Positions 9,793 through 19,800 of a stretch of DNA of 36,243 bases are shown one piece after another (the first letter of the stretch is position 1; every line of letters starts with the position of its first letter). The translations under genes were made by a program, and so were the position numbers. The stretch is from assembly GCA_012862495.1 (NCBI GenBank), contig BLSG01000330.1, positions 156,505 through 192,747 on the forward strand. The letters are read 5' to 3'. The notes below the pieces were generated by a model, which worked only from the letters and a program-made list of their open reading frames with translations, ran no database searches and had not been told where the DNA came from. This DNA comes from Thraustochytrium aureum (lineage: Eukaryota).

Positions 9793-10130
9793 CTCGCAGC
9801 AAATGCCTGTCTGGTCTGCGCGGTCGCCCGCCTGTCTGCCTGCCTGCTTGCCTGGCTTGCCCGCTGCGCCCTCGACTCTTTCGGTCGCGCCGAGTAGCTC
9901 CGCCAGCGCACCCGCGCAGGGTCGATGAGTTCGCTGACGCGGTTTTGTTTTGATCGAGTCTGGCCTGCGCCCCCAGCGACTCGGCAGAGCTGTAGCTCAG
10001 GTTTGACACAAAGCAACTCGCGGCCGTCCACCGAGCGTGTGTCTTTCGCTTTTCTTGTGTCGCCGGCCGGCTGGGCATCGGCTGCAGCACCCGCGGACTC
10101 TCTCCAGCGAAACCTTGCCGGTTGGGGCGG

Positions 10131-11138
10131 ATGGCGGCGCCGGCGAGCCTTCGGCGCGCGGTGGTTGGCAAGCTGGGCGAGATGTTCCCGCTGGTGTTGG
10201 CCGAGGCCTGGGATAACGTCGGCCTGCTCCTCGAGCCCGAGGGGCCGCAAGCGGAATCGTCCAACGTGGTGTTGCTGACGAACGACCTCACGGAGGCGGT
10301 GCTGGACGAGGCGGTGGCTGCTGGGGCTGGGCTCGTTGTGACCTACCACCCTCGGCCCTTTTCGGGCCTCAAGCGGCTGACGCAGGCGGACGTGACGCAG
10401 CGTATCGTTCTGCGGTGCGTCGAGCGTGGCATCTGGGTTTACAGTCCGCACACTGCCTGCGACAATGCTGCTGGAGGGGTCAACGACTGGCTCGCCGTGA
10501 GTTGAGCTTGCTTTGTATTCTGCCTGCGGTTTGCTTGCGGCTCTCCTCTCTGCGGTGCTGCACGAAGCGAACGCGCTCAAGCGGCCGGTGCGTGCTTGCA
10601 GACCGGGCAACTGACGCGCTTGTCGCAACAGGACGCAGTGGCGGACGTCGCGGCTGGCGACCTGGTTGCGCCGGTCGTGGCGCTCGAAGGGCCTGGCACA
10701 ACTGGCCGTGGCCGAATCGTGACGCTTGCCGAGCCCTTGCAGCTCGGGCAAGTTGTCGACAAGGTCAAAGCTCACTTGCGCGTCGAGCACCTCCGAATGG
10801 CCCCGGCCGCACGGCTGGTCAGCGGCGTGGAGGACGCCTCGACGGGGTCGGCCTGCATGGAGGCGGCAAGCGACTCTTTGGTCCGTACCGTCGCCGTGCA
10901 GGCCGGATCGGGTCACTCTGTTCTGGCTGGCGTGCGCGCCGACGTTGTGGTCACCGGCGAGATGGGCCACCACGAGGCGCTCGAGATGTCCGCCAGAGGG
11001 ACAACCGTGCTGCTCGCAGAGCACTCTAACAGCGAGCGCGTTTTCCTTCACACGCTCTGCGCGAGGCTCTCGCGCGATTTCCCGAATGCCCGGTTCCAGG
11101 TGTCCCGCCGCGACTGCGACCCGCTCCGCACCGTGTAG
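10131..11138 (+). CDS. NIF3: NIF3-family (GTP cyclohydrolase 1 type 2/YbgI-like) metal-binding protein, two exons: 10131-10496 and 10632-11138 (~290 aa)
   Basis: AEAWDNVGLL, YHPRPF, YSPHTACD, GVNDWL, TGEMGHH and HSNSER motifs. A phase-0 intron 10497-10631 (GTGAGT...CTGAC...CAG) joins the two ORFs in frame. Confidence 0.93.
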
Positions 11139-11940
11139 CTCTAACTCTGCCTACGCGAGAGTAGCGAAAAAGCTAAAGCAGGTTCATGGGTGTATCTGGG
11201 TTTTTTTAAACGACGGGAAAGACGCTCTAGAGGGCAGCCCGTGACGGCGAGCCTCTGCGCGCGACGGAGGCCGCGTGCTGAAGCGGCCCCAGACAAGCTA
11301 GTCCCATAGGAACCGGCTGACATCTACTGGTCTGAAGACGGCCCGGGGCCTGGGCTTTCGATGCTGACGCGAAACGCCCGCGGACGATCGGTCACCCGCA
11401 GATCGAAGTCGTTGCTCCAAGCAACCTCATGGTGGAGCAGCAGGAGATAGCCCGACGAAGCCTGCGTGGCCAGCCAGTCACCGCTGGCAAGGATCACGAG
11501 CTCTCGCAGCGGCAGAACCCCGTCCCAACCCAGCCGCAGTTCTTCCGCGTCGCACACCTCCCACCGCGGAGCGAATCTTCCGAATCGCGCGGCCCTCCGT
11601 GCGCATCAGCTCGCGGATAAACACCGGCGTGGGCCGCTCCTGGTGCGCTGTGTAGCGGAGAAACGCGTGGGTGACGTTCACGGGCAGCCGCGCTCTCACC
11701 AGAACAGGAAAGTCGCTCTGCCTCGTGAAAGAGCCGACTTGTCCCTGTCCACAGCCTGGCAGAGCATTGATCAATCAAGAGCTGAGCAAGAAAGCCGCAA
11801 CCTCCCGTCCTCCACTTCGTGCTATTTTGTTTTTGTTTGCGTGTACTAAGGTGGCTAGACCATCGGAAATGTTCTTCATTTTCGTTTGTTTTTTGCTTTT
11901 TCTTTATTTTTACAATTTGTTTTTGGTCGAGGGAGGCAGG

Positions 11941-12400
11941 GGAGGAGGAGGAGGAGGAGGACGAGGAGGAGGAGGACTTGTTCAGGTCCGTGCTGCGAGT
12001 GTGCTGATGACACGCAGGCAGAGCACAAAGGCAGCCTGACGCAGGCTCCGCAGCGGCTCCGAGGCAGCCAGAGGCAGGCAGGCAGGCAGGCAGGCAGGCG
12101 GGCGGGGCAGGCGGGCAGGCAGGCAGGCGGGCAGGCAGGGGTGTAGGACACCGCCAAGGGAGCCGGCAGCAGGCAGAGCGCAGAGCCAGCTCGCTTCCGA
12201 AAAGGCTGGGCCAGCCAGCGGGTGCAGAGGCTCGCGCGCAGAGGCTCGCGCGAAGTGGCTACTTAGCGCGTAGCTCGGCTCGCGCGAAGTGGCTCGCACG
12301 CAGGCCAGCGCAGAGGTCCGCACGCAGGCAGGCTCGCATACGGGCGGGCTCACGCAGAGAGGCTCGCGCAGAGAGGCTCGAGCGGCGGCTCGAGCAGCGG
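11941..12400 (+). repeat. Simple repeats upstream of MUB: (GGA)n, (GGCA)n and a degenerate GCAGAGGCTCGCGC minisatellite
   Basis: (GGA)n at ~11941-11975, (GGCA)n at ~12073-12138, repeated GGCTCGCGC/GCAGAG units at ~12224-12400. Confidence 0.85.
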
Positions 12401-12408
12401 CGAAAGAA

Positions 12409-12774
12409 ATGGGCAAGGCTGGCGGAACCGTATCGCTGAGGTTTCTGTTTGCCAACCATGACGGGGTCTCTGAGGTGATCGAGTTTTCGCTCGATACGAG
12501 CGCGGACGAAGTCAAGCGGACGGTTATGGAGCGCTGGCCTGCGCAGCTCGAGAAGATCGATGACGCACGGCGGTTTCGTCTCTTGTGCATGGGAAAGGAG
12601 CTCGAGACCAGCTCGACCAAGTCGTTGCGGAGCCTCAACATCCCCGTGTACGACCACCCAACGCCCGTCAACGTCTCGGTGCTGCCAAAGTCGTTCGCTA
12701 CGCCTGCGCAAGACAAGACGATCGCGAAGAACGGCATGCCAGCGCCCGCAGCAGCATGCTGCCTGTTAATGTAG
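12409..12774 (+). CDS. UBL3: Membrane-anchored ubiquitin-fold protein (MUB/UBL3-like), 121 aa
   Basis: VSLRFLFA...ERWP...FRLLCMGKEL...TPVNVSV ubiquitin-like pattern, ending in a CCLLM CaaX motif with an adjacent Cys. Confidence 0.85.
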   Translation: MGKAGGTVSLRFLFANHDGVSEVIEFSLDTSADEVKRTVMERWPAQLEKIDDARRFRLLCMGKELETSSTKSLRSLNIPVYDHPTPVNVSVLPKSFATPAQDKTIAKNGMPAPAAACCLLM

Positions 12775-13414
12775 AGAGCGGGTTGCGTGCTTGTCCGCCC
12801 GGCCGTTCCGCGCCTCTGCCAGCGAGCTTGCGCTACATTCTCGCTGCATATAGGCAACATGGGAATGCGGCTCGTGGCCGAGCGGGAATCGGTCATCGAG
12901 TGGCGTGCTGTGCTCATTTGCGTTGCTCTTTGTGCGGCCCAACTTGGCCCGGTTTGCCTGAGGGCTGACTCTGCTCGGGCGTTTGCTTTGCCAGTGGAGA
13001 ACGCGGTGTCGCCGTCTCTCCTCCTCCTGCCACCATACCTTCCCCAAAAGAAAAAAAAACAGGAACCATCTGAACTGACGCTCCGCAAGCGTGCAAGTGC
13101 TGGGCCTCTACCGGTAGTGGCTGTGCCCGCTGGGCAGCCTCTGTCGCCCGCCTTGACGCGCACGCGTTGGAGGCTGGCTGGCCCTCTCCTTCTGTCCTTT
13201 CCCTCGTTTCGGCTCGTTCTCGTCATTCTGCTCTCGTCTGCATCTGCTCTAGGGCGCCTGTACATGGAACAATACAGCTGCGACGCGGGACTGTGCAGGG
13301 GCGCTGGGACGCGCTTCAGAGGCGCTTGAGCAGAGCAGCAATTGGGTTTGCGAACTGCCCGCGAAATGAAACTTTGGTTTCTATTCTAGGAAGTCTAGCT
13401 TGGTACAATTACAG

Positions 13415-15287
13415 TCAGTCACAGCGGCAAAGAGCAGCAGGGAACTCTACTCGAAAGGTTGCCTGCGCCGCCTCGCGAATTGCGTCCAAGACCCTCTCCG
13501 CGGCACGATTGTCGGGTGCGATAGCGGATATTGCTACAGCTTGGCGCACCGCAGCGCCCTCAGCAGCCCCCGAGCAACTTGGCAGCTCCACAGGGACGCC
13601 CAAGACACAAGCCCCGGACGAGTTGAGGCACTTGGCAAAGGTCGCATTGACAACGTCCAAATCCACCCCGAACCTAAGCCGAAGCGCGTCCTCATCCAAG
13701 CCATATGAGCGCATCCCCGTTAGCCGCAGGACCACAATCTCGTCAGCACCAAAATCGCTGTCGGAAAAGGTGACGTCGAAGTTCGCATCGCCGCGGAGCG
13801 CCGCGACGAGCGCCTCATTCGGACGCTCCCCTGCGCCGCCCCTTACGCAAGCCGCCTCGAGGGCGTCACGGACCTCTGCTACGATTCCTTGCGCGTCGCT
13901 GTCGTCCCCGCTCTGCCCTCCGACTGCGCGCAAAACTAGTGCCATCGCGGTTTCCGGCCTCGCGCGCCAGGGCCCGGCTCGGAGAATGTCGACCCTGCGG
14001 TTGCCGCTGAGCTGGAGAGAGTATCGAACCCTAGGTTCAAATGCAAAGTAGACGTCCCCCTTCACGCGCGCAAGGGCGTCGCGAAGGCGAACGTCGTCCA
14101 ATACGAGGCGCTGCAAGAGATGCAGGCGGAAGGGCACCGCGCTCGTGAAAACAAGGCTGCGCCAGGCGCCACCAAGGCCAGAGGTGACCTCCGCATGCGA
14201 GCCCTTGTATGTCGAGTCAACCTTTGCCCTGCGCAAAATGTTGCCCCCCTGTTCTGGAATGGCGTACCCGCCGAGTGCAGCGCGCTGGCCCTTGCCCTGC
14301 ACGAGCCTGCCGAAGGCCTCGCGCTCCGGCTCGACGCGCACCAGGTCCATAACGCGCTCTAAGGGCACCTCGCCGAAGCGAGTCTCGATCACGCGCGCCT
14401 CTGTGAGTTGGGCCAAGCTTGCGACCGCCTCTGCGCGCTCGGCTTCGTTTGCGAGAAGGTCTGCTTTGTTGAGGAGGGACCACGTCTGCAAAGCCCAGCT
14501 GCTGGCGCTGAGACTCGTCCGCGACGACGGCGCGCCAGTTGTCGGCATCCGCGACATAGACCACCGAGTCGAGCCGGACGCCGCGGCCCCAGCTCGTGCT
14601 CGATCACGCGCACCATTTCGACTGGGTCGTGAGTCCGCTCGTCTCCACGAGCAGGTAGTCGATCTTATTGCCAGAGCTGGCAAGCATGGCCTCCACCGCG
14701 CGCTGCAGGCCGTCCTGCAGCGAGCAGCACACGCAGCCGTTGCTCAGCTCGACGACCTGGGGCAGCGCAGCAGACCCTGCTGCGCGGGCCCCCTCGCGGA
14801 CGAGCTCAATGTCGCGCTCTATCTCGCGCGAGTCGACGTTGAGCTGTGCAAAGTCGTTGACGATCAAGCCAAGGGTGAAGTCTCGCACCGCGTCTAGGAC
14901 GCGGCGACACAATGTGGTCTTGCCAGATCCGAGCTTGCCGACAACGAGGGTGACGGGGACTGGGCGGGTCCGGCTCTGGGCAGCCGCGGCGCGCTCCATG
15001 GCCCACTCTTCGCGAGCCATCAGCATCTGCATTCGGCGGGCCTCGAGGTCATCCTGCTCTCGGGCCTGGGCTTCCTGCTCGGCCAGACCCTTGCGCTCGC
15101 TTTCGAGCTCGCTTGGCTTGGCGAGCGGCGGGCGCCTTCGGGCGCGCGAGAAGAGCGCTGCTGCGATCCCCATAGCGGCGACGGCGCTGGCGAGCCACAA
15201 GCTGACGCGCGAGGCGTGGGCGGTCTGGTGGGCGGTCTGGTGGGCGGTCTGGTGGGCGGTCTGGTGGGCGGCTCCGGTTCGGGCCAT
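13415..15287 (-). CDS. COG0523/CobW (ZNG1-like) G3E GTPase metallochaperone with N-terminal TM helix and C-terminal extension; three apparent 1-nt frameshifts (sequencing error or pseudogene)
   Basis: PVTLVVGKLGSGKTT (Walker A), IVNDFAQLNVD, ELSNGCVCC, YLLVETSGL/DP, LDSVVYVAD, QLGFADVV/LLNKADL, and CobW_C-like RVKGDVYF. Motifs are spread over frames, with shifts at ~14629, ~14588 and ~14477. Confidence 0.88.
15216..15269 (-). repeat. 12-bp coding tandem repeat GCCCACCAGACC x4 (+ partial) encoding (AHQT)4-AH
   Basis: GGTCTGGTGGGC units start at 15222, 15234, 15246 and 15258 on the + strand. Confidence 0.9.
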
Positions 15288-16898
15288 GGCGAGCCCTGTG
15301 GCCCGAGGTGGCGCCCGAGTCGAGGAATGCCACAAAACGCGATGCGAGAAACACCATCATGATGACTTCACGGATCAACAGAACTGATCGATTGTTCATG
15401 AAAGAAAGCCAACAACGAACAGCGAAGGCTCTGCCTCGACGAACGATTCGGGCTTCAGTGGTGCTCAGGTTTGTTCGCCCTGTTCGACGTCACGTTCCAA
15501 GTTGGGTTTCTGCGAAAAGTGCGAGGCGGCAATCTACTGCTATCGTCTGGCCTCCGCGTTGGCAAACTGCGCGCTCGTAGGCATGCGCACCGCCACGCGG
15601 CTGCGTCCGTGATGATGGCTGGAGTCAGCTGGAGTTGACAGAATGGCTCGACAGGACCAGGGCGGCACCAAACTGCGGGTGCACAAGCCACGTTTTGCGA
15701 GGTTGCGTGCAGCCTCCGATCGCTCTTTCCCGCTGCTCGTCTCCATGCTCTCCCTGCTTCCAGCAGCCTCGCGTCACGCTTGTGTCTGTCTCCGGAACCT
15801 CTGAAGCTGCCTCGAGGGAGTGATCGCCAATGCAGTCCAGCAGCATGAATTCGACTTGCCGGGATTTGGTGGCCGCCTCGCTTGGCTGGACGGCTGGCTG
15901 GCCGCTTGCCAGCGAGCAAGCCGCGGTGGGAGGCGCAGGAACTTGAAGAAGGAGGCATGCGTCCATCTGCGCCGCCTTTGGACGGCATGGGGAGCCCTGG
16001 CCTGGTCCAAAGTNNNNNNNNNNNNNNNNNNNNNNNNNNNNNNNNNNNNNNNNNNNNNNNNNNNNNNNNNNNNNNNNNNNNNNNNNNNNNNNNNNNNNNN
16101 NNNNNNNNNNNNNNNNNNNNNNNNNNNNNNNNNNNNNNNNNNNNNNNNNNNNNNNNNNNNNNNNNNNNNNNNNNNNNNNNNNNNNNNGACAGGTTTCATC
16201 GTCAGTACATTGTCCACGCCGCAACCGGATGTAGTAAGTACGATGTACTTACGTAGTAATACCTAGGCAGGGTCGGATCTGTGACGGCAGCAGCGGCGGC
16301 GGTGGCGGCCCGTGTCGTGCACAGCCTCGCTCCCAATCCAGCCAAACTGCGCGCCCATCCGAGAGCGCTGCTGCACGCCGCGGAGCTCAGAAGCAATAAA
16401 AAAAGGGAGAGACCGACTCGCACAGGCAGCAAGAGAGAGAGGATGAGCGGCGCACGCATGCACGAATGCACGCGCACGCCCTCTCACCGGGGCGCAGCAG
16501 AACTTGAAGCGCGCAGAAGCACGCAGAAGCGCGCAGAAGAGCAGGTCGAGGCGCCTGCCAGTGAGGCGGCAATAGTGTGCAAGATGCACCCTCACAGGCG
16601 CCTTGTTTTCCCGCAGAGCGCTTGCGAAAAGTGGACGTGAGAGCCATCGATCGGTCTTGGACGTGAACGGCACGGAATGGAGGACTGATCGATTGCATCC
16701 GATGGAGCGGCAGACCCCGATTGTGCGAGCTGCGGGCTGCTGCGCGAGGCTGCGTGCGTGGACTGCACGGGACCGCTGAAGCGTGCGCTGCGGAAGAGGC
16801 CGGCCTGACGACAGTCGAGTGGGCGCGGTGGACTGCTCTGGCAGGGCGGCTGCGCGCGGACCCGGTGCGACGTGCGGTGCAACTTGCGGCGCCACACG

Positions 16899-19800
16899 AT
16901 GCGCGTCAAGGCGCAGGTGCTCGCGGGCGGTGCCGCCTGCGCGGCGCTTGGGCTTGCGGTAGAATGGGTTGCCGGAGACTGCGCGGCGTACACGAACGTG
17001 AATGACTGCAGGTACGCCGACGAGGCCTGCCTGTGGACGATCGAGTCCGTGGGCGGCGACACGCTCAAGACAACCTGCGAACCTTGCAGCGCGTTCAACG
17101 GGCAGCCCGCCCTGTGCGCGAGCCACACGTGCGCCTACAACACAGAGTCGGGAGCATGCGAAACGGCAGTCCCAGCGATTCCGCAGCCCGACAGCCCGAG
17201 CCTGTCCACGAGCACCAGCGCTCTCCAGGGCTTCGCTCTCGTCGAGGCCGACGATTGGGCCCTGAACGGAGAGCAGCTGTCCGCGCTGGAGAGCGCGGCC
17301 GCCAGCTTGTTTGGCGCAGAGACTGTTTGGGTCAGCGACGACGCGCCAGTCTCGGTAGAGTCGTGCGGCCCCGCCCCGCTCTGCGGAGGCACTACGCAGA
17401 TGGTGAGTCTGGTCAACGCGTGGTCGTACGTGCCGATCCCCGAGATGGCATCGTGCTGCCCGGTAAAAGAGACGCAGAAAACCGCATCGTGCCAGACATT
17501 TGTCCCCGGCGATTCGGCGTGCCGCGCCACGGGCTTGAGCGCCGCATTCTGTGCCAACGACGATTCCGACAGGTGCCGTGCAATTGAGACCGACCCGGAC
17601 AACACCGAGCTCGTTCTGTCGATCGGGATCGAAAAGAGCTCCAGAGAGCTGACGTGCTGCAAATCGTGCACTTGCTACGGAGACCCAAACTGCGTCTCGT
17701 TCGATGGGGCCTCCGCATCGTGGCGCCTCTGCGACGGCCGCGATGTCACCACTAGAAGTTGCGCCATCACAGAACACGCGTGCACGGCCTCCAAGGACCA
17801 CGAGGGCAACGATTGCAAGTGGAAGCAAGACTACCACAGCCACTGGCGCGACGGCAGCAAGTGCCAGCCCGACAAGGCGGCTGGCCCCTCCTGGCTGCTC
17901 ATGTACGAAGCCGACTCGCTCCAGTTCTGGATCCGCCAGGAGGAGCGCGGCGTGATTCGCGACGCCCACATCGTCACCGCTTCCGGCAACTACACGCTTG
18001 CCGCTGACGCCTGCGTGTCTGGCTCGTCGTTTGCGGACAGCTGGGTGCACAGTGGCGGCGACGGCAGCCCAAACGCGCAAATGGTTGCGGGTTGGAGACG
18101 GTACAGCAAGCGCGGCCTTTTTGACGTGTCCTGGACCGTCTTCGACGCCGACACCAACATCCAGGCAAAGATTACCTGCCTTGGCACAAAGGATAAGACC
18201 AGCAATCGCTATGGCAACTACAGACTGAACATCGACTCGCTCGTCGAGCCGCTCGAGGATTACGAGTCTCAGCGCGAGCTGGTGGGCGGCTTTTGCCACT
18301 CGTCCAGTCTGCTGCACGAAACGCACTCGCTCGCCGCCATGGAGTCACTCATGGCACACATGGAGGTTGATGCCAAGTGCAGCAACGCCGAGACTATCTC
18401 CACCCAGCAAGAGCAACTGGCGGTGGCTCGGCTGCTCTGCGGCTCGGGCACCACGCTCAACTCGATGAACACGTGCTTTGGGAGCTTTTGCGTCCAGTAC
18501 GCGTTCCCGTACACAACCGTCGACTTTTGCACCAACCGGCTGAAGAGCACCAACAGGCAGCCCGAGGGATTCTGCTCGGTCGTGTCGAGCGTAGCGAGCG
18601 AGCGGACCCAGTGCGAACAAGACATTGCAGAGTTTGGCTGGGAAGATGTCGTCACGCGGTTCTTTGAAACCTCGGTCGCCTCAGAGGACGGTTGCGTCAG
18701 CAGCGCCAAAGACCTCCCCACCTCGCTGTCGGAGTGCCAGGCTGGAATTACGGTGCAGTACCAAGCTACTTTCGGAGACGAGTCGAGCTGGAAAGACTAC
18801 TTTGCGTTGCCGCGTTCCTCCAAGCTCTGCGGCAACAAGATCAGGGTCACTGCACGGACGGACAAGACGCTCTTCACCCACCCGATCCGCATCCTCCAGT
18901 GCAGCAAGTCTGCCAGCTGCGCGACTACCAACGCCTGCGAGTCCGAAGATGGCGTGAAGGGATCCTTCGAATTTGACTGGCCTACACCGCCTCCGACCCC
19001 GCAGCCGACGCTGCCGACCCCGGAACCGACGCCACCGACCCCGCAACCGACGCTGCCGACCCCGCAGCCGACGCTGCCGACCCCGGAGCCGACGCCGCCG
19101 ACCCCNNNNNNNNNNNNNNNNNNNNNNNNNNNNNNNNNNNNNNNNNNNNNNNNNNNNNNNNNNNNNNNNNNNNNNNNNNNNNNNNNNNNNNNNNNNNNNN
19201 NNNNNNNNNNNNNNNNNNNNNNNNNNNNNNNNNNNNNNNNNNNNNNNNNNNNNNNNNNNNNNNNNNNNNNNNNNNNNNNNNNNNNNNNNNNNNNNNNNNN
19301 NNNNNNNNNNNNNNNNNNNNNNNNNNNNNNNNNNNNNNNNNNNNNNNNNNNNNNNNNNNNNNNNNNNNNNNNNNNNNNNNNNNNNNNNNNNNNNNNNNNN
19401 NNNNNNNNNGGGATTGTCACGCAGCCACCGCGCCCTACGCCCGAGCCCACAGTTCCCCCTCCTACGAACCCGACGCCGGAGCCGACCGGGCCGCCGACGC
19501 CAGAGCCGACCGTCCCGCCGACGCCAGAGCCGACCGTCCCGCCGACGCCAGAGCCGACCGTCCCGCCGACGCCCAAGCCTACCGTCCCGCCTCAAACATC
19601 CCCGAAGCCGTCCAGTGCACCATCGCCGTGGCCTACTGGCGCTCCATCGCCGTGGCCTACTGGCGCTCCATCGCCGTGGCCGACCGGTGCGCCCTCGCCG
19701 TGGCCCACGCCCTCGACGATGTGGCCGACTGGAGCGCCGTCGCCGTGGCCCGAGTACTGCGAGCCGGAGTGCGTCGCAGGCACAAGCGCAGCGCAGAAGC

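Noticed and set aside
13409..13417. Selenocysteine readthrough at the COG0523 C-terminus (CRCD-TGA-CTG-TAA, giving CxU)
   Set aside because: No SECIS-like hairpin is visible downstream; the only ATGA..AAA candidate lies in a purine-rich stretch that cannot pair. A SECISearch run would be decisive.
11982..14051. Long ORFs 11982-13265 (-), 12787-13329 (+) and 13167-14051 (+)
   Set aside because: GC-rich shadow or UTR ORFs overlapping or flanking MUB and COG0523, with no domain signal.
14604..14606. In-frame TGA in the COG0523 gene as Sec or a recoded stop
   Set aside because: The alternative frame restores the conserved DP after ETSGL, so compensating indels explain it better.
15340..16890. 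Short ORFs between the COG0523 and mucin-like genes
   Set aside because: No recognisable motifs or convincing codon bias; treated as promoter/UTR sequence with a gap at 16014-16187.
16263..18326. 687-aa minus-strand ORF
   Set aside because: Antisense shadow of the codon-biased mucin-like gene.
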